DNA from: Planctomycetaceae bacterium
Lineage (GTDB): Bacteria > Planctomycetota > Planctomycetia > Pirellulales > UBA1268
Assembly: GCA_947453375.1 (NCBI GenBank)
Contig: CANGGT010000003.1
Coordinates: 1 to 55,987 of the forward strand
Direction: 5' to 3'
Length of the DNA: 55,987 nt
A program made the translations under genes and the position numbers. Position 1 is the stretch's first letter. Each line of letters starts with the position of its first letter. Below are positions 1 to 7,935 of the stretch, piece by piece. The notes under the pieces are model-generated. The model was not told the origin of the DNA and did no database searches. It was given only the letters and a program-made list of their open reading frames with translations.

Positions 1-135
1 GCCGCGGGCGGGCATTCCTCGGGGCCGGCTCGAGCTCGGGAGCGTCTGGGGTGGACTTCGGCCCAGGAGCGCCTGGCGGCGGCGCCCGCGCCGGTCATGC
101 CCGTCAGCCCCGGCATCGACTCCACCAAGGCCCGG

Positions 136-173
136 AAAAAAAAGGGCCCGACCATCGCGCGATGGCCGGGCCC
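136..173 (-). terminator. Rho-independent terminator downstream of the sialate O-acetylesterase gene
   Basis: Inverted repeat GGGCCCGACCATCGC/GCGATGGCCGGGCCC (144-173) next to A8 (136-143), which is a U8 tail on the minus strand. It lies about 30 nt after the stop at 201. Confidence 0.8.
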
Positions 174-200
174 CCTGGATGTTTCACAGCCAGCCTGCGG

Positions 201-1763
201 TCAGTTGGCGTCGGCCGTGACTCCCTTGAAGTCGTCGGTGCGGAACGGCGTCAGCGGCAGGCCAGCACCGGAGTACATGTTGCACTTCGGGTTGTCGGCC
301 CAGCCGTAGCGGACGGCGACGGGGTCGGCCACGCCCTCGGCCGACACCTCGATCCGGCCGTCGGGGAGGATCGTCCCCTTGGCGTGGACGAACTTCTGAT
401 CGGCGCCGGCGATCGTGAAGCCGACCGGCTCGTTGACATCGAACGGCCGCCAGCCGCCATCGACATGCTCGAAGGCGACGACGATCTTGTTCCCCTGCTT
501 CTCCATCCCCTTGTAGAGCGGGCTGCGGGCCGGGATCCCCGCCACCTTGTAGGTGTCGGCGAGGGCCCAGCGGGCGAGCCGCTTGCCGACATCTTGCTTG
601 TTCTTCGGGTGGATGTCCTTCCCCTCGCCGATGTCGATGATCACCGCCTCGCCGGTGTTCGGCAGGGCCTTCATCGTCATCGTCTGCGCCTCACGCAATT
701 CGGCCCAACTGCTGTCGCCGGGCTGGGGCTGCTCGGCGTTGAAGTCGGCCAGCTGTACCCAATAGAAGGGGAAGTCGCCCACGCCCCACTCCTCGCGCCA
801 CGACTTGATCATGAACGGGAACAGGGCGCGGTACTGGTAGGCGCGGCCGGCGTTCGATTCCCCCTGATACCAGATCGCGCCGCGGATGCCGTAGCCGATC
901 GAGGGGGTGAGGACGCCGGAGTGGATGTTGCCCGGGCGGTGGTTGCCGAACATGTTGCCATCGGGATTGCCCGGCTGGCCCGGGGCCGGCTTCCCTTCGG
1001 CTTTCGCCTTCTCGGCCGCCGCCTTCCATTCGACCATCGCCTTGTCGTAGGCCGCCTTCTGCGCCGGATAGTCGGCCTCGACCTTCTCCCACCGCTCGAG
1101 CAGCGGCTTGAAGCGGGCATCGGCGGCAAGCGAGCTCCGCTTCACCCACGCCTCGGCGGCACTCCCGCCCCAGGCGTTGTTGATCAGCCCCACCGGCACG
1201 TCGAGGGTTTGGTGGAGCTGGCGGCCGAAGAAATAGCCGACCGCCGAAAAGTTGCCGACCGTCTCGGGGGTGCAGGCCTGCCACGAGCCGTTGAAGTTCC
1301 ACTGCGGATCTTGCGTGCCGACCTGCGGCACCGAGATCAGACGGATCTGCGGGAACTTCGCCGCCGCGCGCTCGAGATCGGGATCGGTCGAGGCGTTCAC
1401 GCTCCACTGCATGTTCGACTGCCCGGCACAGACCCACACCTCGCCGATGAGCACGTCGTGGAACGTGACGGTGTTGTTCCCCTTCACGGTCAGTTCGTGC
1501 GGGCCGCCGTATTCCTTGATCGGATCGAGCATCACCTGCCAGGCGCCGTCGGCGCCGGCCTTCGTCTCGTGCTTCTGCCCACCGAGGGTGACGGTGACGG
1601 CTTCGCCCGGCGCGGCCTTCCCCCACACCTTGTTGTGGATCCCCTGTTGGAGAACCATGTGATCGCCGAACATGTTGTTGAGCGACACGTCGGCGTGGGG
1701 CGTGGTGCCCGGCACGACGGCGAGGGCGGCGAGGAGGAGGAGGGTCGACAGCGGACGGCGCAT
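201..1763 (-). CDS. Secreted sialate O-acetylesterase (SASA/SGNH family)
   Basis: Motifs GEVWVCAGQSNM, WGGS, IWYQGESNA and DIHPKNKQDVG. Start moved to ATG 1763, which gives signal peptide MRRPLSTLLLLAALAVV. Confidence 0.9.
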   Translation of the reverse strand: MRRPLSTLLLLAALAVVPGTTPHADVSLNNMFGDHMVLQQGIHNKVWGKAAPGEAVTVTLGGQKHETKAGADGAWQVMLDPIKEYGGPHELTVKGNNTVTFHDVLIGEVWVCAGQSNMQWSVNASTDPDLERAAAKFPQIRLISVPQVGTQDPQWNFNGSWQACTPETVGNFSAVGYFFGRQLHQTLDVPVGLINNAWGGSAAEAWVKRSSLAADARFKPLLERWEKVEADYPAQKAAYDKAMVEWKAAAEKAKAEGKPAPGQPGNPDGNMFGNHRPGNIHSGVLTPSIGYGIRGAIWYQGESNAGRAYQYRALFPFMIKSWREEWGVGDFPFYWVQLADFNAEQPQPGDSSWAELREAQTMTMKALPNTGEAVIIDIGEGKDIHPKNKQDVGKRLARWALADTYKVAGIPARSPLYKGMEKQGNKIVVAFEHVDGGWRPFDVNEPVGFTIAGADQKFVHAKGTILPDGRIEVSAEGVADPVAVRYGWADNPKCNMYSGAGLPLTPFRTDDFKGVTADAN

Positions 1764-1960
1764 CGGAAGACTCCGGCGGTGGAAGGGCGCTTGAGGCGCG
1801 CGAACCGATCGCACGATCCCCCTGCCCAGGCCAGAGAGGATAGCAGGCTCGAGGACGGCCTGTCGTGGCGGCAGGGGCAACGCTTGCCGGTCGCGGGAGC
1901 GGCCGGGATGATGGGCGGCTCTTCGTCCAGTGAAGCGGTCGCCCCCGAGGAGAGATCACG

Positions 1961-2836
1961 ATGACACGGTCGCCCACGAAAGGTTCGTTCCCCACCGGCA
2001 CGGTGGCCCTCCTCGGCCTCGGCCTGGCCGGAATCGGCCTGTGGTACTTCGCGGCGCTTCAGCCGGTGGCCGTCACGGAGATCCCCCCGACCGCTGTCGT
2101 GGAGACAGTCGAGCCGCGCGGCTTCGAGGGAATGCAGCGTTTCGACATGCCGCAGGCTGCCGCGCCTCCGGCGGCGGAAGCAGCCCCGCCCCCGGCGGCA
2201 GTGCCCGATGCAGGGCGCTGGGAAGAAGAGGTGGCTCGCTACGAGGTGGCCGCCCGCGCGACGCCCCCGGCCGCCGGCGCCGTGATCCTCCTCGGGGCCT
2301 CGAACATCCGCATGTGGGAGACGCTTGCCGCCGATTTTCCCGGCTTGGAGGTCGTCAACCGGGGCGTGGGGGGATGCAAGCTCACGGAACTGGCCGGCTT
2401 CGCCCCGCGTCTCCTCGCCGCTGCCAAGCCGGGGGCCGTGGTGATCTCCGCCGGGAGCAACGATGTCCATGGGGGAGCCGACGCCGAGGCCGTGCTGAAG
2501 GCGTGGCGCGACGTCATCGCCACGATCCGACGCGACCATCCCACCGTGCCGATCCTCGTGATGGGCATTCTCCCGGCAAAGTCGCGCTGGGAGGAGCGGG
2601 AGACACAGACGGCCGCCAACGGCCTGATCGAAGACGCGATCGCGGTGGCCGGCGGCTCGATCGATGGAGGGCCGGTGGAATACCTCGATGTCTGGGGGGA
2701 TTTCGTCGGGCCCGACGGCACCCCCGATGCAGAGGCCTTTCTCGACGACGACCTGCATCCGAGCGCCATCGGCAACGCCCGTCGCGCGGCGCGGATGCGC
2801 CCGGTCCTCGATCGGCTGCTGACCGCGAAACCGTGA
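1961..2836 (+). CDS. GDSL/SGNH-family lipase/esterase with N-terminal membrane anchor
   Basis: SGNH blocks LLGASNI, NRGVGG, GSND and DDLHPS; N-terminal hydrophobic helix; GAGGAG upstream. Confidence 0.85.
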   Translation: MTRSPTKGSFPTGTVALLGLGLAGIGLWYFAALQPVAVTEIPPTAVVETVEPRGFEGMQRFDMPQAAAPPAAEAAPPPAAVPDAGRWEEEVARYEVAARATPPAAGAVILLGASNIRMWETLAADFPGLEVVNRGVGGCKLTELAGFAPRLLAAAKPGAVVISAGSNDVHGGADAEAVLKAWRDVIATIRRDHPTVPILVMGILPAKSRWEERETQTAANGLIEDAIAVAGGSIDGGPVEYLDVWGDFVGPDGTPDAEAFLDDDLHPSAIGNARRAARMRPVLDRLLTAKP

Positions 2837-2975
2837 CGGGCTTCGGGATGGCCGTGCCCCGGCGCTTACGCCGCTTGAGCGCCCTCCATGCCGCGTCGGG
2901 GCCGCGCCCCGATAGGATGGCTTCGGGGGGCTCGGCAGGCTGTCGGAGCCCCGTTGGCCACCGGGAGTTTTCTCG

Positions 2976-3938
2976 ATGAGTGCTGAAGAACCATCGCCTG
3001 ATTCCGCCATGGCGAGTCAGGCTCCGGCCGCGGTCGCTGCGGCAACTCCTGCCGCTGTCGCAGATGGCGGCTTCGATTTCTTTGCGGCCCTGTGGAGCGG
3101 CGTTTGGCTGCAGTTCCTGCCTGAGAGCCTCCGTGAGCCGACCGCGCGGCTGGTGGTGTTGGGGGCCTTGGCCCTCGTCTCGATGTTCCTCTTCGCCCCT
3201 GCTGCCGACGAGCGTGGCGAGGCCTACATCGAATCGACCTTCGCCCGGACGCTCGCGGCGCTGGCGGCCACGCGCGGTCTCGACAGCGCGATCTCGCTGG
3301 CTCAGAGTTCCGAGGTGAGCTTCAGCTTCGGGCCCGGCGGGAGCCTCGGCATCGGGCAGGCGCTCGATCCTGTCAACGACCTCGTCGAGCAATATGGCAG
3401 CCTGTTGCTGACGAGCACCACGGCGCTCGGCACGCAGCGCGTGGCGATGCAGATCGGGCGGGCGCTGGGATGGTGGTTGTTCGTCCCGTCGCTGGCGGCG
3501 ATCGCCGGTTCGTCCGTCGTCGGAGGACGATCGCGGCGCTCGCTGATGGGCTGGGGAACGCGGCTGTTCGGGCTCGCGCTGTTTGCCCGCCTGGCGATCC
3601 CGACGACGGCGTGGATCGATTCGGTCGTCGCCGAGCAGTTCCTCGAAAGTGGCTATCAACAGGCGGCCGCGGCGGTCACCGCCACGACGGCGGAGATCGA
3701 GCAGGTCGAACAGGCCGAAGAGATGGCGGCCAAGAACAAGGGCTGGCTCGACCGCTTCAATCCCGTCGACTACGTCGGCGAGCGGGCCCGCCGCCTCTAC
3801 GACACGCTCGCGCAGGTCGGCGAATCGATCGTCAATCTCGCCATCTACTTCACGATCTCCACGATCATTCTCCCCCTCGGCACGCTGTGGGTGCTCTCCA
3901 GGCTCTCCTCGGCGCTGTTCTCCAACCGCAGCCCCTGA
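2976..3938 (+). CDS. Hypothetical integral membrane protein
   Basis: 320-aa ORF with protein-like composition, about 4-5 hydrophobic segments and a conserved-looking core GQALDPVNDLVEQY. Confidence 0.7.
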   Translation: MSAEEPSPDSAMASQAPAAVAAATPAAVADGGFDFFAALWSGVWLQFLPESLREPTARLVVLGALALVSMFLFAPAADERGEAYIESTFARTLAALAATRGLDSAISLAQSSEVSFSFGPGGSLGIGQALDPVNDLVEQYGSLLLTSTTALGTQRVAMQIGRALGWWLFVPSLAAIAGSSVVGGRSRRSLMGWGTRLFGLALFARLAIPTTAWIDSVVAEQFLESGYQQAAAAVTATTAEIEQVEQAEEMAAKNKGWLDRFNPVDYVGERARRLYDTLAQVGESIVNLAIYFTISTIILPLGTLWVLSRLSSALFSNRSP

Positions 3939-4329
3939 TCCGCAGCCCCTGATTGGAGCCAACGACTGGCGGCGGTCGCCGCCGTCCCCGTGACGGGGGG
4001 GCTGATCGCGGTGAGCGGACTGTGGCCCGATTCACGGCTGGCCCACGCCCTGCAGAATCTCCGACTCAACGGCGCCAGGCGTCACTCGCAAGAGCCGCAA
4101 GCCGCTCCGAAGGGGGGGTGTTCTTTCGGGTTTGGGGCCGCTCGGGGCATGAACTGGGACCCGGGATCCGCTGACTCACCGGCCGGCGGGGTGATCCGGC
4201 CGCCGGGACCGTCGTCCCTCGGCCACCCAAGAAAGCCCTGAAACGGCCGGAAAACAGGGTTTTGGAGTCGATCGATCGGGGGATGAGCACCCTCCACGGA
4301 GTCCGGTTTGAAAAATCGTGGCCCGTCCC

Positions 4330-4357
4330 TTGAACGGCGGTCAAGTCAACGTAATCT
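4330..4357 (+). promoter_or_regulatory. Possible sigma70-type promoter for the YTV gene
   Basis: TTGAAC-16 nt-TAATCT in a lower-GC intergenic patch about 135 nt upstream of the start. Confidence 0.35.
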
Positions 4358-4492
4358 ATCCAGCTTATCAGGCGGCCGAGCTGTTTCGGTCGTCAGAAGA
4401 GAGGGGTCTCTTCGACCGACCGCCAGTTCGGGCCGGCTCGAGAAAAATCCTGCTCGGTCCCACTGGTTTCTTGTTCCTTTCCGGAGGTGTCA

Positions 4493-6910
4493 GTGATTCG
4501 TAAATTCGTGTTTCGAATCCTCCCCGCCTTTGCCGTTGTCGTGACGTGTGCGAGCACGTTTGCCGATGACTGTGGCAACTGCGGTGGCGGGTGTGAGGGT
4601 GGCTGCGGCAGCGCCGTGGCTTCCGAAGGTGGCGTTGTCGAAGGTGGCTCGGTCGTGGCCGACGGTGGCTGCGCTCCGGCGACCAAGACGGTGTACCAGC
4701 GTCAGTACGTGACGGAGATGAAGACCGTCACGTCGACCGAGTACACCACGGAGCAGCGCGAGCGGACCTACACGGTCAACAAGCGCGTTCCGCGGACCGA
4801 AGAGAAGTCCCGCACGGTCACCGTGCAGGTCCCCGAGACCCGGAGCCGCACGGTCAACTACACGGTCAACAAGCCCGTGACGGAGACCAAGACGTCCGAG
4901 TACACGGTCCAGGTTCCCTACACCGAGTCGGTCGAGCAGACCTACACGGTGAACGTGCCGGTTCAGGAGGAGAAGACCTCCACCTACACCGTCATGGTTC
5001 CGAAGACCGAAGAGAAGACTTCGACCTACACGGTCCAGGTCCCCTACACGGAGTCGGTTGAGCAGTCCTACACGGTGATGGTCCCCACCACCGAAGAGAA
5101 GACCTCGACCTACACCGAGCAGGTTGCCTACACCGAGCCGGTCGAGCAGTCCTACACGGTCAACGTCCCGGTTTCGGAGGAGAAGGTCTCGACCTACACG
5201 GTCCAGGTCCCCTACACCGAATCCGTCGAGCAGGCCTACACGGTCATGGTGCCGAAGTCCGAGGAGAAGGTTTCGACCTACTCGGTCCAGGTTCCCTACA
5301 CCGAGTCGGTCGAGCAGTCCTACACGGTGAACGTGCCGGTGTCGGAGGAGAAGACCTCCACCTACACCGTCCAGGTTCCCTACACCGAGTCGGTCGAGCA
5401 GTCCTACACGGTCAACGTGCCGGTTCAGGAGGAGAAGACCTCCACCTACACCGTCATGGTGCCCTACACCGAAGAGAAGGTCTCGACCTACACGGTTCAG
5501 GTCCCCTACACCGAGCAGGTCGAGCAGACCTACACGGTGAACGTTCCCTACACCGAGCAGATGACCGGCTCGCGCACCGTGCAGAAGCGGGTCGCGGTCC
5601 AGGGCACGAAGACGGTGCAGGTCCGTGGTGGCCACTGGGAGACCCAGCAGGTCCAGGTCGGTGGCGGCGTTGACGCCAACGGCTGCGAGTGCGCTCCGAA
5701 GATGTGCTGCAAGCGCGTCTGGGTGCCGACTTGCGAGACGAAGGAAGTTCCGACCTGCACCTACCAGTGCACGACGGAAGAGGTTCCCTACACCTACTCG
5801 GTGCAGAAGTGCCGGCAGGAGCAGCGGAGCAAGATGGTGAACGTGACCCGGACCCGCAGCGAAGAGCGGACTCGCACCTACACGGTGACGAACTGCCGCC
5901 CTGAAGAGCGGACCCGTTCCTACACGGTCACCAAGTACGTCCCCGAGACGAAGACCCGTTCGGTCAACGTCACGAAGTATCGTCCGGAAGAGCGGACCCG
6001 CTCCTACACCGTGACGAAGATGGTGCCCGAGACGAAGACCCGTTCGGTCAACGTCACGAAGTACCGTTCGGAAGAGCGGACCCGGACCTACACCGTCACC
6101 ACCCAGGTGGCGGAGCAGCGTACGCGTTCGGTCAACGTGACGAAGTACCGTTCGGAAGAGCGTCAGAAGTCCTACACGGTCACGAAGATGGTCCCCGAGA
6201 CGAAGACCCGCACGGTCAACGTCACGAAGTACCGTCCCGAGGAGCGCACCCGCTCCTACACCGTGACGAAGATGGTGCCCGAGACGAAGACCCGTTCGGT
6301 CAACGTCACGAAGTACCGTTCGGAAGAGCGGACCCGCAACTACACCGTCACGGTCAACGTGCCGGAAGAGCGGACCCGCAGCTACACCGTCACGAAGTAC
6401 GTGCCGGAGCAGAAGTCCCGCAGCGTCAACGTCACCAAGTACCGCACGGAAACCAAGACCCGTGAGTACCAGGTCACGAAGATGGTGCCCGAGACCATGA
6501 GCCGTGAAGAGTCCTACACGGTGATGGTCCCGCAGCAGAAGACCGAGAGCTACTCGGTCACGGTGTACGACTGCGTGCCCGAGACGAAGACGCAGACCTA
6601 CTCGGTCCGCGTTCCTCACACGGTCACGAAGGAAGTCCCCGTCCAGAAGTGTGTCTCCGTCGCCGTCGAGGTGCCGGTTGAGAACGCTTGTGGTGGCTGT
6701 GGTTCGGCTGGTGCCGGCGACGCCGGTTCGGCTGGCTCGGCTGGTGGCTGTGCCTCGGGTGACTGCGGCGGTGCCTCGGCCGGTTCGGCTTCGGCCGGCG
6801 GCTGCGGTGAGTCGGCTGCCTGTGGCAGCTGTGGCTCGGCCGGCAGCTGCGGCAAGGCCTGTGCCAAGAAGGGTTGTGGCCGTCGCCACCGTTGCAGCCG
6901 CTGCGGCTGA
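4493..6910 (+). CDS. Secreted YTV-repeat protein with Cys/Gly-rich termini (planctomycete envelope/structural protein)
   Basis: GGAGGT Shine-Dalgarno at 4483-4488, then GTG 4493. Signal peptide MIRKFVFRILPAFAVVVTCASTFA, many YTV-containing 14-aa repeats, and Cys-rich N-terminus, centre and C-terminus. Confidence 0.9.
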   Translation: MIRKFVFRILPAFAVVVTCASTFADDCGNCGGGCEGGCGSAVASEGGVVEGGSVVADGGCAPATKTVYQRQYVTEMKTVTSTEYTTEQRERTYTVNKRVPRTEEKSRTVTVQVPETRSRTVNYTVNKPVTETKTSEYTVQVPYTESVEQTYTVNVPVQEEKTSTYTVMVPKTEEKTSTYTVQVPYTESVEQSYTVMVPTTEEKTSTYTEQVAYTEPVEQSYTVNVPVSEEKVSTYTVQVPYTESVEQAYTVMVPKSEEKVSTYSVQVPYTESVEQSYTVNVPVSEEKTSTYTVQVPYTESVEQSYTVNVPVQEEKTSTYTVMVPYTEEKVSTYTVQVPYTEQVEQTYTVNVPYTEQMTGSRTVQKRVAVQGTKTVQVRGGHWETQQVQVGGGVDANGCECAPKMCCKRVWVPTCETKEVPTCTYQCTTEEVPYTYSVQKCRQEQRSKMVNVTRTRSEERTRTYTVTNCRPEERTRSYTVTKYVPETKTRSVNVTKYRPEERTRSYTVTKMVPETKTRSVNVTKYRSEERTRTYTVTTQVAEQRTRSVNVTKYRSEERQKSYTVTKMVPETKTRTVNVTKYRPEERTRSYTVTKMVPETKTRSVNVTKYRSEERTRNYTVTVNVPEERTRSYTVTKYVPEQKSRSVNVTKYRTETKTREYQVTKMVPETMSREESYTVMVPQQKTESYSVTVYDCVPETKTQTYSVRVPHTVTKEVPVQKCVSVAVEVPVENACGGCGSAGAGDAGSAGSAGGCASGDCGGASAGSASAGGCGESAACGSCGSAGSCGKACAKKGCGRRHRCSRCG
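4877..5548 (+). repeat. N-arm coding tandem array: 16 x 42 nt (14 aa), acidic
   Basis: Units of type A (YTESVEQSYTVNVP) and type B (xxEEKTSTYTVQVP); exactly 672 nt. Confidence 0.9.
5819..6490 (+). repeat. C-arm coding tandem array: 16 x 42 nt (14 aa), basic
   Basis: Units of type A' (ETKTRSVNVTKYRx) and type B' (EERTRSYTVTKMVP); exactly 672 nt. Confidence 0.9.
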
Positions 6911-6962
6911 ACGGTGACCTCCGGCTCACAAGGCCGGATGTGACCAAACCTGATGTCAACAA

Positions 6963-7001
6963 GAGGGGGCCGGACGCCCATCGTCCGGCCCCCTCCGTTT
7001 T
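6963..7001 (+). terminator. Terminator hairpin after the YTV gene
   Basis: Perfect 14-bp stem GAGGGGGCCGGACG/CGTCCGGCCCCCTC with a 5-nt loop, followed by CGTTTT. Confidence 0.7.
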
Positions 7002-7002
7002 G

Positions 7003-7109
7003 ATCGCGAGCTTTGTCTTCGCGCTCGCTCGGGCGAGCTTTATCGCGAGCTTAGTCTTCGCGCTCGCTCGGGCGGGCTTTATCGCGAGCTTTCTCTTCGC
7101 GCTCGCTCG
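7003..7109. repeat. Intergenic 39-bp tandem repeat (about 2.7 copies) with internal palindromes, REP-like
   Basis: Units start at 7003, 7042 and 7081 with consensus ATCGCGAGCTTxxTCTTCGCGCTCGCTCGGGCGrGCTTT. Confidence 0.85.
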
Positions 7110-7184
7110 AGATTGATCGTCCGTTGAGCGCGGCCGCGGGTTTCTCGCGAGCCTGTCGCTCCCCGCGTATCCCCGTCAGGCCGT

Positions 7185-7610
7185 TCAGCCCCGGGCCTTG
7201 AGGAGATCGCGGATCTCCGTGAGGAGCTTCTCCTCCGTCGAAGGTTCCGGGGCCGCCGGAGCGGCGCCGGCGGCCTTCGATTTCATCAACCAGCCGAGAA
7301 ACTTCACGATGAAGAGGAACAGCGCGGCGGCGAGGATCACGAAGCTGACGACGTCCGCCAGGAAGAGCCCCACCGGCACGCCGTCGCCGATCGGCAACTT
7401 CCAATCCTTGTAGCTCTGGTCGCCCGGCATGACGGCGCCGAGGAGCGGCATGATCACGTTTTCGACGAGACTCGTGACGATCTTGCCGAACTGCGCTCCG
7501 ATGATCACGCCGACGGCGAGATCGACGACGTTGCCCTTGAAGGCAAAGTTCTTGAACTCCTCGAGGAGCGAGAAGGCCTGTTTCGTGGGGATGGAATCGG
7601 GAATCTCCAT
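7185..7610 (-). CDS. mscL: Large-conductance mechanosensitive channel
   Basis: EFKNFAFKGNVVDLAVGVIIG and C-terminal LLTEIRDLL. Confidence 0.97.
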   Translation of the reverse strand: MEIPDSIPTKQAFSLLEEFKNFAFKGNVVDLAVGVIIGAQFGKIVTSLVENVIMPLLGAVMPGDQSYKDWKLPIGDGVPVGLFLADVVSFVILAAALFLFIVKFLGWLMKSKAAGAAPAAPEPSTEEKLLTEIRDLLKARG

Positions 7611-7935
7611 GCGTGGGCTCCTGGGAAAAGCTTGAAAAATAAGGGTTGGGGCGTCGGCGCGGTCGCGTCGTGGGCCCCTCGGGGCCGGCCAGCGGACGAC
7701 CTGTCAGCGGCAGGCTACGCGGAGCCGAGCCGCGGGTGCAATCGAGCCTTGGTGTGGGTGTCTCTGCGGAGGTTGCCGCTTGCCTCGTTGGCGCCCGGGG
7801 CGACCTGCGCCGTCGGAGGCGCAGGATGCTTGCAGAACTGGAGAGAAGATGGTGTGTTATGAGGTGAGAGGGGGCAGTGCCCCCTTGCGACGCACACTTC
7901 CACTTCTCACTCCACGGCATTTTCAGGGGGATCGC

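Noticed and set aside
1-130. Possible gene start at the left edge
   Set aside because: Too little sequence to identify.
3939-4486. Short ORFs or an ncRNA upstream of the YTV gene
   Set aside because: No convincing coding signal or recognisable RNA motif was found, so it is treated as promoter and leader sequence.
4877-6490. Possible DNA inverted repeat, CRISPR array or diversity-generating cassette in the YTV arrays
   Set aside because: The symmetry is in protein unit order, not reverse-complement DNA. The repeats are in-frame coding sequence, and no reverse transcriptase or recombinase is nearby.
4490-6889. 799-aa repetitive minus-strand ORF
   Set aside because: It is the antisense of the YTV gene, and its repeats are inherited from that gene.
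7003-7109. Possible CRISPR array
   Set aside because: The units are head-to-tail with no unique spacers, and there are no cas genes in the window.
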